Source of the DNA: Burkholderiales bacterium
GTDB taxonomy: Bacteria > Pseudomonadota > Gammaproteobacteria > Burkholderiales > SG8-39
DNA length: 34,198 nt
Assembly (NCBI GenBank): GCA_041635755.1
Contig: JBFKUL010000002.1
Span: forward strand, 1-34,198
Direction: 5' to 3'
The position numbers and the translations under genes were made by a program. The notes below the pieces were generated by a model that saw only the letters and a list, made by a program, of their open reading frames with translations, was not told the DNA's origin and ran no database searches. Numbering within the stretch: the first letter of the stretch is position 1; the number at the start of each line of letters is the position of its first letter. Below are positions 21,827-31,222 of this stretch, one piece after another.

Positions 21827-22900
21827 ATGCCGACCACCTACAACATCCTGATCATGGGCGCCTCGTACGGCTCGCTGTTGGCGACCAAGCTGCTGCTCGC
21901 CGGCCACACCGTGAAGCTGGTCTGCTTGCCCGCGGAGGCCGAGCTGATCAACAAGGAGGGTGCCCGAGTGCGCATGCCCGTCAAAGGCCACCAAGGTCTT
22001 GTCGAGGTTGATTCGCGCAAGCTGCCGGGAAAGCTCTCCGCCGAAGGACCGCAGTCGATCAAGCCGGCGGATTATCACCTCGTTGGATTGGCCATGCAGG
22101 AGCCTCAGTATCGCTCGCCGGGCGTGCGCGAGCTTCTCGCCGCGGTCGCCCGATCCCGCGTGCCGTGCATGTCGATCATGAACATGCCGCCGTTGCCCTA
22201 CCTGGCGCGGATTCCGGGGGTCTCGGCCGACAAGTGCAGGGCCTGCTATGCCGATCCCACGGTCTGGGATGGTTTCGATCCCAAACTGTTGACGCTGTGC
22301 AGCCCCGATCCGCAGGCGTCCCGACCGCCGGATGAGAAGGTCAACGTGTTGCAGGTCAGGCTGCCGACGAATTTCAAATCGGCTCGTTTTGAATCAGACG
22401 CGCACACCGCCATCCTGCGCCGACTCGAGTCCGACATCGAGGCGGCCCGCTTCGATACCGGTGCCGCCAGGATCGAGCTGCCGGTGAAGCTCAAGGTGCA
22501 CGACTCGGTATTCGTACCGCTCGCAAAGTGGAGCATGCTGCTGGCGGGCAACTACCGCTGCATCCAGAAGGACGGCATGCGGCCGATCAAGGACGCGGTT
22601 CATTCAGACATCAAGACCTCGCGCGCGGTCTATGAATGGGTGGCCAAGCTGTGCAAGACCCTCGGTGCGGAGGAGAAGGATCTGGTGCCCTTCGAGAAAT
22701 ATGCCGCCGCCGCGCAGGGTCTTACGGGTCCCTCATCGGCGGCGCGCACGTTGTTCGCCGGCGCGCCCTTTATCGAGCGCGTGGACCTTCTGGTGAAGAC
22801 GATCGCAGCGCAGAAGGGCATGCAGTCCGACGCAGTGGACGAGATCGTCGCCCTGGTGGACGCGCGGCTCGAGGCCAATCGTCGCGCGGCAAAACAATAG
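21827..22900 (+). CDS. Uncharacterised protein with a Rossmann-like N-terminus (distantly ApbA/PanE-type oxidoreductase-like)
   Basis: N-terminal beta-alpha-beta YNILIMGASYGSLLATKLLLAGHTVKLV (GxSxGS variant of the dinucleotide loop). I do not recognise the remaining 320 aa. The start is moved to the ATG at 21827, with GGAG at 21816-21819. Confidence 0.6.
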   Translation: MPTTYNILIMGASYGSLLATKLLLAGHTVKLVCLPAEAELINKEGARVRMPVKGHQGLVEVDSRKLPGKLSAEGPQSIKPADYHLVGLAMQEPQYRSPGVRELLAAVARSRVPCMSIMNMPPLPYLARIPGVSADKCRACYADPTVWDGFDPKLLTLCSPDPQASRPPDEKVNVLQVRLPTNFKSARFESDAHTAILRRLESDIEAARFDTGAARIELPVKLKVHDSVFVPLAKWSMLLAGNYRCIQKDGMRPIKDAVHSDIKTSRAVYEWVAKLCKTLGAEEKDLVPFEKYAAAAQGLTGPSSAARTLFAGAPFIERVDLLVKTIAAQKGMQSDAVDEIVALVDARLEANRRAAKQ

Positions 22901-22915
22901 CCGTCCGGGACCGCT

Positions 22916-24313
22916 TTACGCCTCGGCGTCGCCGTTGATGTCGAGCTCCTGGATCTTGCGGGTGATGGTGTTGCGGCCCATACCGAGCAGGTTCGCCGCT
23001 TCGATGCGCCGACCGCCGGTGCGCGCCAGCGCACGGACAATGAGCACACGCTCGAACTGACGGCCAAGCGCATCCAGCACCCCGGTCTCACCGCGCGCCA
23101 GTCGACGCTCGACTTCCTCGCCCAGCGCCGTAATCCAGTCGGAGGCATCGACTGCGGCCGCCCGTGTACGCATTTCCGTCGGCAGGTCGCTCGGCTCGAT
23201 CACCTGTCCAGGCGCCATCACCGTCAACCAATGGCACAGGTTCTCGAGCTGGCGCACGTTGCCCGGGAACTCGAGCCGCGAAAGATGCGCCACCGCGTCC
23301 TCCGAAAGGCGCTTGGGGTCGACCCCGAGTTGTTTCGCGCTGTGCACTAGGAAATGCCGCGCCAGCAACGGGATATCCTCGAGACGCTCGCGCAGCGCGG
23401 GCAAGCGCACACGGATTACATTCAACCGATGGTACAGGTCCTCGCGGAAGCTGCCGTCGCGCACCCGCACCTCGAGGTCCTGGTGCGTTGCGGCGATCAC
23501 ACGCACGTTGGCTTTGATCTGCTGGTGACCGCCGACCCGGTAGAACGTCCCGTCCGAGAGCACGCGCAGCAGCCTCGTCTGCAGGTCGGCCGGCATGTCG
23601 CCGATCTCGTCAAGAAACAGGGTGCCGCCCTCGGCCTGCTCGAAGCGGCCGCGGCGCTGTGCCTGCGCACCCGTGAACGAGCCGCGCTCATGCCCGAAGA
23701 GCTCTGATTCGAGCAGGTCCTTGGGCATCGCGGCGGTGTTGATGGCCACGAACGGCTTCGCCGCGCGTGCACTATGCCGGTGCAGCGCGCGCGCCACAAG
23801 CTCCTTCCCGCTGCCCGACTCACCGGTGATCAGCACCGTGGCGCTCGATTGTGCGAGCCGCCCGATCGCGCGGAACACCTCCTGCATCGCCGGGGCGTGA
23901 CCCAGGATCTCCGGCGTTTCGGACAGCGGCTCAAGCGCCGCAGCGTCGCGCCGGCGCTCGTCGAGCGCTCGCCGGATGAGTTCGACGGCCTGATCGACGT
24001 CGAACGGTTTGGGAAGATATTCGTAGGCGCCGCCCTGAAAGGCCGCAACCGCGGAGTCCAGATCCGAATAGGCGGTCATGACGATCACTGGGACGGCAGG
24101 ATGCTTCTCTCGGACGGTCTGCAGAAGCTCAAGGCCGGAGGGGCCGGGCATGCGGATATCGGAGACGAGGACCTCCGGAGGACCGGTGTCGAGCGCGTCA
24201 AGCGCCTCCTGCGCGGAAGCAAAGGAGCTGTGTTCGATACCCTCCCGGCTGAGCGCCTTCTCAAACACCCACCGGATGGAGCGGTCATCATCGACGATCC
24301 AGACTGGTTTCAT
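22916..24313 (-). CDS. ntrC: Nitrogen regulation protein NR(I), a sigma-54-dependent response regulator
   Basis: REC domain (VWIVDDDRSIR..., SDIRMPG), AAA+ domain (GESGSGKE, ESELFGHERGSFTGA) and a C-terminal Fis-type HTH (AANLLGMGRNTITRKI). Confidence 0.95.
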   Translation of the reverse strand: MKPVWIVDDDRSIRWVFEKALSREGIEHSSFASAQEALDALDTGPPEVLVSDIRMPGPSGLELLQTVREKHPAVPVIVMTAYSDLDSAVAAFQGGAYEYLPKPFDVDQAVELIRRALDERRRDAAALEPLSETPEILGHAPAMQEVFRAIGRLAQSSATVLITGESGSGKELVARALHRHSARAAKPFVAINTAAMPKDLLESELFGHERGSFTGAQAQRRGRFEQAEGGTLFLDEIGDMPADLQTRLLRVLSDGTFYRVGGHQQIKANVRVIAATHQDLEVRVRDGSFREDLYHRLNVIRVRLPALRERLEDIPLLARHFLVHSAKQLGVDPKRLSEDAVAHLSRLEFPGNVRQLENLCHWLTVMAPGQVIEPSDLPTEMRTRAAAVDASDWITALGEEVERRLARGETGVLDALGRQFERVLIVRALARTGGRRIEAANLLGMGRNTITRKIQELDINGDAEA

Positions 24314-24328
24314 GTCCCGTCCGTAGTT

Positions 24329-25375
24329 TCAGGCGAGCGGCAGCAGTATCGTGAATACCGTCCGGCCGGGTCGGCTCTCATACTCGATGACCCCCTGGTG
24401 GTACTGTACGAATGTCTGCGCGAGCGAAAGCCCGAGGCCGCTGCCGCCTTCGCGCCCGGACACCAGCGGATTGAAGATCTTGTCCTGGATCTCCGCCGGC
24501 ACTCCTGGCCCGTCGTCGATCACTTGCAATTCTAGTGCCAGCTTGTAGCGCTGGCGCACGATCGTCATCTGGCGCACGGCGCGGCTGCGCAGCGTGATGG
24601 TGCCCCCGCCATAGCCGGCGGTGAGTGCCTGCGCGGCATTGCGCGCGATGTTGAGCACCGCCTGGATCAGCAGCTCGCGATCTCCGATCACTTCGGGCAC
24701 GCTTGGGTCATAGTCGCGCTCGGTTCGCACCGCGCTCGAGTACTCGGACTGCACCAGGCTGCGCACCCGCTCGAGCACCTCGTGGATGTTGACCGTCTCC
24801 AGCTGCGGCGCGCGATGCGGTGTCAGCAGCCGGTCCATCAGCGCCTGCAGGCGGTCGGCCTCCTTGATGATGACCTGGGTATATTCCTTGAGCCCGGGAC
24901 GATCGAGCTCGCGCTCAAGCAGTTGTGCCGAGCCGCGCAGCCCGCCCAGCGGATTCTTGATCTCGTGGGCGAGATTGCGAATCAGCTCGCGGTTGGCCTG
25001 CTGCTCGGACACCAGACGCTCTTCGCGCGCCAGACGGAGCTGCTGCTCGATCGGGCGCAACTCGGCAAGCACGCTCAGTCCTGGTGCGTCGATGCGCGTG
25101 ACGCTGAGCGCCAGGGGCAGCGGCTCGCGTCCAACGCGCTCGTAGATCACGTTCTGCGCCGCGTAGCTCCAGTGCGTGCCGTGCGCCTCCGAGAGGGTCT
25201 TCTGCAGCGCCTCGGATTCGGCAAACAGCGCGAGAATCGGCTGTCCAATAAGCGCGCGTGCGCCCGTATCGAGCAGGCTCTCCGCGGCCGGATTGGCGTA
25301 ACACACGGCGAACGCGTCATCCAGAACCACCACTGCGGTGGCAAGAAGCTCAAGCCCGTCGAATGAGACAGCCAT
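24329..25375 (-). CDS. ntrB: Nitrogen regulation sensor histidine kinase NR(II)
   Basis: N-terminal PAS-like domain, H-box LAHEIKNPLGGLRGSAQLL, and N/G boxes (NIARNAAQA; DDGPGVP; GGSGLGLSLA). The gene lies 15 bp upstream of ntrC. Confidence 0.9.
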   Translation of the reverse strand: MAVSFDGLELLATAVVVLDDAFAVCYANPAAESLLDTGARALIGQPILALFAESEALQKTLSEAHGTHWSYAAQNVIYERVGREPLPLALSVTRIDAPGLSVLAELRPIEQQLRLAREERLVSEQQANRELIRNLAHEIKNPLGGLRGSAQLLERELDRPGLKEYTQVIIKEADRLQALMDRLLTPHRAPQLETVNIHEVLERVRSLVQSEYSSAVRTERDYDPSVPEVIGDRELLIQAVLNIARNAAQALTAGYGGGTITLRSRAVRQMTIVRQRYKLALELQVIDDGPGVPAEIQDKIFNPLVSGREGGSGLGLSLAQTFVQYHQGVIEYESRPGRTVFTILLPLA

Positions 25376-25417
25376 ACGCGGGACGTGTCGGACGGCCGAC
25401 GGCGCATGGCGCGGCGC

Positions 25418-25915
25418 TCAACGGCTGAGGTTGGTCAACTCGCGCCTGAGCGCCTCGACATTCTTTTCGTGGGCCTGGACGTTGTCCTTGAAGGGCTGCA
25501 GGCGTTCCAGCACGCGCGCATAGTTTCGCTCGTGGCCGTAGCGCACCGCCTCCTGGTCCTCGAGCTCCTTCTTCGCCTTGTTGAGCAGCTCCTGCTCTTG
25601 CGCGAGCTCGCGTTCGAGGATCTGACGCTGCTTTTCGCGCGCTGCAAGCCGGTCGTTGCTGCTCTCGCGGGGGAAGCTGGCCGTCGTAGGCGCACGCGCA
25701 GGCGGCGGCTTCTGCGAGGGCACCACGTTCACTTCCCGCGAGACGAGCTCGCACTTCTTGCCAGCGGTGTCGCGCTTGTCGCTGGTGTAGAGCGGCCGAC
25801 CACTTGGGTCGACGCATTTGTAGATCTCCGTCACCTGGGCACGCGCGGGCGCGGCAGCAAGGCTGATGAAGAGAAGCACGAATGCGGCAAGTCGGTGCAT
25901 GTCGGGAAGACGCAT
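25418..25915 (-). CDS. Secreted DUF4124-type protein with a coiled-coil C-terminus
   Basis: Signal peptide (HRLAAFVLLFISLAAAPARA), then IYKCVDPSGRPLYTSD (DUF4124 pattern) and a Glu/Lys/Leu-rich heptad-like tail. The start could instead be the ATG at 25900. Confidence 0.65.
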   Translation of the reverse strand: MRLPDMHRLAAFVLLFISLAAAPARAQVTEIYKCVDPSGRPLYTSDKRDTAGKKCELVSREVNVVPSQKPPPARAPTTASFPRESSNDRLAAREKQRQILERELAQEQELLNKAKKELEDQEAVRYGHERNYARVLERLQPFKDNVQAHEKNVEALRRELTNLSR

Positions 25916-25976
25916 GAGAACGCGTCGCCAAGTCTATGCTACGACAAGGACTTGCCGCAATCCCGGAAAGTACGAC

Positions 25977-25996
25977 GGGGCGGTCAAGCCCGCCCC
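25977..25996 (-). terminator. Hairpin downstream of glnA (possible partial terminator)
   Basis: On the minus strand, GGGGCGG-GCUUGA-CCGCCCC is followed by GUCGUACUUUCC. The U-tract is weak, so it may only attenuate read-through into the DUF4124-ntrBC genes. Confidence 0.4.
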
Positions 25997-26023
25997 TTCG
26001 CCACAGCGACGCTCGAATCTGGC

Positions 26024-27439
<1,416 letters not shown>

Positions 27440-27506
27440 GATCGAGTCTCCTGGAATGGGTGTATGGAAGTTCGTGCCGGGCGCGCCGGCTAGACGCGAC
27501 CTAGGG

Positions 27507-27522
27507 AGCAGGTTCCGTGCCA
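27507..27522 (-). promoter_or_regulatory. Sigma-54 (-24/-12) promoter for glnA
   Basis: The minus strand reads TGGCACGGAACCTGCT, against the consensus TGGCAC-N5-TTGCW. GG and GC are spaced correctly, and the element is about 70 nt upstream of the glnA ATG. Confidence 0.65.
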
Positions 27523-27585
27523 CAAGGAACTTCGGGCCGGCCCCCTCTGGCCAGGCCGAATTCGCCGCATTTTACCCAATCGGAT

Positions 27586-27602
27586 AGCACTGGGCTGGTG
27601 CA
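27586..27602. promoter_or_regulatory. NtrC-type enhancer site 1
   Basis: AGCACTGGGCTGGTGCA matches the consensus TGCACC-N5-GGTGCA at 10 of 12 specified positions. Its centre is about 97 nt upstream of the predicted sigma-54 start. Confidence 0.5.
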
Positions 27603-27615
27603 TTTTCGAGTTGAC

Positions 27616-27632
27616 CGCACGGTCCGGGTGCG
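27616..27632. promoter_or_regulatory. NtrC-type enhancer site 2
   Basis: CGCACGGTCCGGGTGCG matches the same consensus at 9 of 12 positions. Its centre is 30 bp (about 3 helical turns) from site 1. A further perfect TGCACC half-site lies at 27638-27643. Confidence 0.45.
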
Positions 27633-27706
27633 TCCCATGCACCATGCCTGAACCAGCCAGGGTCCTCGAGTCGAAGACCTATAATGCATAGCAGCAAAGG
27701 ACTCCG

Positions 27707-28153
27707 ATGACTGAGATCGAGGCAATACGCAAGGTAGCGCGCGAGCGTGCGCAGAAAATGAACCTGCCGTACTCGGGCGCGCTGCTGCCCAGAGAGGCGC
27801 ACGCGATGATGCAAGCCGGCGCCAAACTGATCGACGTGCGCACGCGGGCGGAACTCGACTGGGTTGGCCGCGTTCCGGGTGGACTACCGGTTGAATGGAA
27901 CGGTTACCCCGGGGGGGCGCTAAACCCCAACTTCCTCTCGCAGCTTGCCGAGGTGGTGGAAAAGGAGGCGCCCGTAATGTTTATTTGCCGCTCCGGCGGG
28001 CGCTCCCATAACGCCGCCGTGGCGGCCACGCAAGCCGGCTACCGTGAGTGCTACAACGTGCTGGAAGGATTCGAGGGTGACAAGGACGCCGATCAGCATC
28101 GCAACTCGGTCGGGGGTTGGCGCGTAGCGGGTCTGCCCTGGATCCAAGGGTGA
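27707..28153 (+). CDS. Rhodanese-domain sulfurtransferase-like protein
   Basis: Single rhodanese domain with an active-site loop FICRSGGRSHNAA and a GGWRVAGLPW tail. A TATAAT at 27680-27685 lies just upstream. Confidence 0.85.
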   Translation: MTEIEAIRKVARERAQKMNLPYSGALLPREAHAMMQAGAKLIDVRTRAELDWVGRVPGGLPVEWNGYPGGALNPNFLSQLAEVVEKEAPVMFICRSGGRSHNAAVAATQAGYRECYNVLEGFEGDKDADQHRNSVGGWRVAGLPWIQG

Positions 28154-29055
28154 GTCAGGCGGGTTTCGCGCGCGACGCGTTCGCGTGTCTCGTGATCGCG
28201 TCGCTAGCTGTTTCCACGGCGTGCGCGGAACCGCCCCGGGTCACCGTAACCCTCGTCGATGCAGGCGCCGCGCCGCGGATCGACACCAAGGCATTTCCTG
28301 ACCAGATCGCCGGCACTACTGCGGCGCGGGCAAGCGGCCGCATCGTTGCGGCATGGTTTGCCGAGCCTGTCACGAGCTACGGACACAATGTGCTCGGCGA
28401 TCTGCCCGAGGCAAAGACCGTGCGGGCGCGTCTGCGGAGCGGCGAGGTGCTCGCCTATCGGCTGAGCGGCAATGCGGTGTTCGAGGACGTGACCGTCCGC
28501 CTCGCGGATCTCGACGGCGACGGCACGCCCGAGTTGCTCGTGATCAAGAGCCGGCCCGGGGTAGGTTCCTCACTGCTGGTGTTGCGCGTCGCATCGGGCC
28601 GTCTCGAGCAGTGGGTCGAGACCGCGCCGATCGGTACGCACTTCCGCTGGTTGAATCCGATCGGCGCGGCCGATCTCGACGGCGATGGCGGCGTCGAGGT
28701 CGCGCTCGTCACTACGCCGCACATCGGCGGCGTGCTGCGGATCTATCGGCTTCGGAACGACGCGTTGGTCGAGATCGCGCAGGCAGCGGGTTTTTCGAAC
28801 CACGCACTTGGATCGCGGGCGCTCGGCCTGCACGCGTTTATCGATATCGACGGCGACGGCACACCCGAGATTGTGCTGCCCTCCGCGGACCGGCGAGCGA
28901 TCCGCGTAATGCGTTTGCGCGCGGGACAATTGGAATCACTGGACACCGTGCCGCTGGCGGATCGCGTCGAAGGCGATTTCAAGGTCGATCCGGTCACACG
29001 CAGCGTGCTGGTACCCTTGTCCGACGGTCGCACAGCGCGTCTGGTGTGGCGCTAG
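28150..29055 (+). CDS. Secreted FG-GAP / VCBS-type repeat protein
   Basis: Signal-like N-terminus ([16 protein letters not shown]). There are three Ca-binding-type repeats ([51 protein letters not shown]). The proposed GTG start at 28150 overlaps the rhodanese stop (GTGA). The listed ATG at 28117 would lie inside the rhodanese gene. Confidence 0.7.
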   Translation: MSQAGFARDAFACLVIASLAVSTACAEPPRVTVTLVDAGAAPRIDTKAFPDQIAGTTAARASGRIVAAWFAEPVTSYGHNVLGDLPEAKTVRARLRSGEVLAYRLSGNAVFEDVTVRLADLDGDGTPELLVIKSRPGVGSSLLVLRVASGRLEQWVETAPIGTHFRWLNPIGAADLDGDGGVEVALVTTPHIGGVLRIYRLRNDALVEIAQAAGFSNHALGSRALGLHAFIDIDGDGTPEIVLPSADRRAIRVMRLRAGQLESLDTVPLADRVEGDFKVDPVTRSVLVPLSDGRTARLVWR

Positions 29056-29876
29056 GCGACGGTCCAATCGACCAGACCGAAGTAAGCCGTAGCGAGCACC
29101 ACCACGCCGAAAACGATTCGGTACCAGGCAAAGACCGTGAAGTCGTGCGTCGCGATGTAGCGCAGCAGCCAGCGCACGCATAGAAACGCGGAAACGAACG
29201 CTGCACCGAACCCCACCGCGAACATTCCCAGGTCGCTCACCGCGAACAGCGCGCGATGCTGCATCAGATCATAGGCGCCTGCCGCGACCAGCGTCGGTAC
29301 CGCGAGGAAGAAAGAAAACTCGGTTGCCGCGCGCCGCGACAGGCCGAACAGCATGCCGCCGATGATCGTGGCACCCGAGCGCGAGGTGCCGGGAATGATC
29401 GCAAATGCCTGCGCGCAGCCGACCTTGAGCGCATCCATCCAGTTCATCTGGTCCACGCTCTCGATTCTTGGACGCCTCGAACCTCGCTCGACCCAGAGGA
29501 TGACCAGTGCGCCGGCAATGAACGCGAGCGCCACCGGCACCGGACGGAACAGGTGCGCCTTGATGGCACTGCCGAACGCGAGCCCGAGCACCGCAGCGGG
29601 TCTGAACGCGATGATCAAGTTCGTCCAGAAGCGCCGCGCGGCAGGATCGCTGCCGAGGCCCGCAATCGCATGCCCGAAGCGCGCGCGGTACTCCCAGACG
29701 ATGGCGAGCATCGCCCCGGTCTGAATCGACACATGGAACACTTTGCCCCGCTCGTCGTTGAAACCGAGCAGATCACCCGCCAGAATCAGATGGCCGGTGC
29801 TCGAGATCGGAAGGAATTCGGTGAGGCCCTCGACGATGCCGAGGATCAGCGCGTGAAAGAGCGACGCGTCTTGCAT
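29052..29876 (-). CDS. uppP: Undecaprenyl-diphosphate phosphatase
   Basis: [28 protein letters not shown] and a polytopic membrane profile, about 274 aa. The start is moved to the ATG at 29876 ([10 protein letters not shown]). The listed 399-aa ORF adds an Arg/Gly-rich extension overlapping the kinase gene. Confidence 0.9.
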   Translation of the reverse strand: MQDASLFHALILGIVEGLTEFLPISSTGHLILAGDLLGFNDERGKVFHVSIQTGAMLAIVWEYRARFGHAIAGLGSDPAARRFWTNLIIAFRPAAVLGLAFGSAIKAHLFRPVPVALAFIAGALVILWVERGSRRPRIESVDQMNWMDALKVGCAQAFAIIPGTSRSGATIIGGMLFGLSRRAATEFSFFLAVPTLVAAGAYDLMQHRALFAVSDLGMFAVGFGAAFVSAFLCVRWLLRYIATHDFTVFAWYRIVFGVVVLATAYFGLVDWTVA

Positions 29877-29914
29877 GCCGCGCGGATGGTAGCACGCGGC
29901 CCCGCCGGTCCGCG

Positions 29915-31222
29915 TCAGCGGCCGGCAAGCTTGCGGTTGGACTCGTCCAGCCGCCGCACCAGGATCTGCATGAAGGACTTGTTGAACTGCGCCTGGCACG
30001 CGTCGCTGGACGTCGTCAGCGACTGCGCCTGTATCTTGACCAGCGTCACTCCTGTGCGCGCGCGCACCGTCGTGCTGCGTACGGTGTTTTCCCCGAGGTA
30101 GATCATTTCCCCGAACAGGTCGCCCGGACCGAGCACCGCGAGCAGGTGCCCCGCACGGGTCACCTCGACCTGTCCCTCGGCCACCAGGTAGAAGGCATCG
30201 CCATGATCGCCCTCCGCGATGACGCGCGTGTCCTGATGGAGGCGTTCCCACGCCGCGAAACGCAGCGTTTCCCAGATCTCGACCTCACGGAAGTTGCGGA
30301 AGAACTTCATGCCGCGAAGCGTATTGAACTTGTGGGTATCGGTGATGCCTTCACGCGGCAACTCGAGGTGGCGCATCAGTCCCGCAAGATCCTTGCCGAA
30401 CTCGATCCAGTTCTGATAGCGCGCGGCAAGGTCCTTTCGCAGAGCGCGCGCGACGATGGCTTCGAAGGTGTCGGGCAGGTCGGGGCGCAGCGCCCGCAGC
30501 GCCGGCGGCTCGTGGTTCACGATCTGGTACATGAGCGCCGCGTGCGAGGACGCCGTAAACGGCAGGCGACCGGTGAGCAGCTGAAACATCACGACACCGA
30601 GCGAATAGATGTCGGTCTGGTGCGTGAGCGACTTCTCGGCCAGCTGCTCTGGCGACATATATGCCGGCGATCCGGCGGCGTTGATGTTGGTATGCGTGGC
30701 GCCTTCGAGAATCGCGACGCCGAAATCCGAGAGCTTGACGTCGAAGGGCGCGGTAATGAGGATGTTCGCAGGCTTGATGTCGCGATGAATGACGCCTTGC
30801 CGGTGCGCATACTCGAGTGCACGGCTCACCTTGAACACCACCTCGATCACCTTCTCGAGCGGCAGCAGCCCCTGCATCGTCGCGTACTGTGCGAGCGTGC
30901 CGCCCGGCACGTACTCCATGACGACATAGCTGAAGTGCGGCTCCGCGGCGGCATCGAACAGTCCAACAATGTGCGGGTGGTTGAGCTTGCCGACCAGCGC
31001 TGCCTCGTTCAGGAAGCTCGCGCGATGCTTGCCCGTGATCAGCTCGGCGCCGCCGGTGGCGTGCTGGAAAATCTTCACCGCGACATCGCGCCCTACAAAG
31101 GGATCGCGCGCCAGGTAGACCTTCGCCGTCGCGCCGTGGCCCAGCTCCCGCTGAACGAGATACTTGCCGATGCTGGTCGGCATCGACACCGGTAGAACGG
31201 TGCTTGCCGGAACTGCGCTCAT
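29915..31222 (-). CDS. Hanks-type Ser/Thr protein kinase with a C-terminal cyclic-nucleotide-binding domain
   Basis: Kinase motifs: [15 protein letters not shown] (catalytic Lys), [21 protein letters not shown] and DIYSLGVV. The C-terminal cNMP domain has [17 protein letters not shown]...[24 protein letters not shown] (FGE plus the R-S/T-A/T phosphate-binding cassette). No TM segment is present. Confidence 0.85.
   Translation of the reverse strand: MSAVPASTVLPVSMPTSIGKYLVQRELGHGATAKVYLARDPFVGRDVAVKIFQHATGGAELITGKHRASFLNEAALVGKLNHPHIVGLFDAAAEPHFSYVVMEYVPGGTLAQYATMQGLLPLEKVIEVVFKVSRALEYAHRQGVIHRDIKPANILITAPFDVKLSDFGVAILEGATHTNINAAGSPAYMSPEQLAEKSLTHQTDIYSLGVVMFQLLTGRLPFTASSHAALMYQIVNHEPPALRALRPDLPDTFEAIVARALRKDLAARYQNWIEFGKDLAGLMRHLELPREGITDTHKFNTLRGMKFFRNFREVEIWETLRFAAWERLHQDTRVIAEGDHGDAFYLVAEGQVEVTRAGHLLAVLGPGDLFGEMIYLGENTVRSTTVRARTGVTLVKIQAQSLTTSSDACQAQFNKSFMQILVRRLDESNRKLAGR

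Noticed and set aside
29877-30251. N-terminal extensions of listed ORFs: uppP 399 aa, glnA 499 aa, phoU 281 aa, prlC 697 aa, the DUF4124-Grx ORF 276 aa, the UxaA-like ORF 523 aa, the Rossmann ORF 385 aa, the cupin ORF 180 aa and the FG-GAP ORF 312 aa.
   Set aside because: The extensions are Arg/Pro/Gly-rich, overlap neighbouring genes and precede internal start codons. Those internal starts give family-typical N-termini and in most cases have an SD, so they were preferred.
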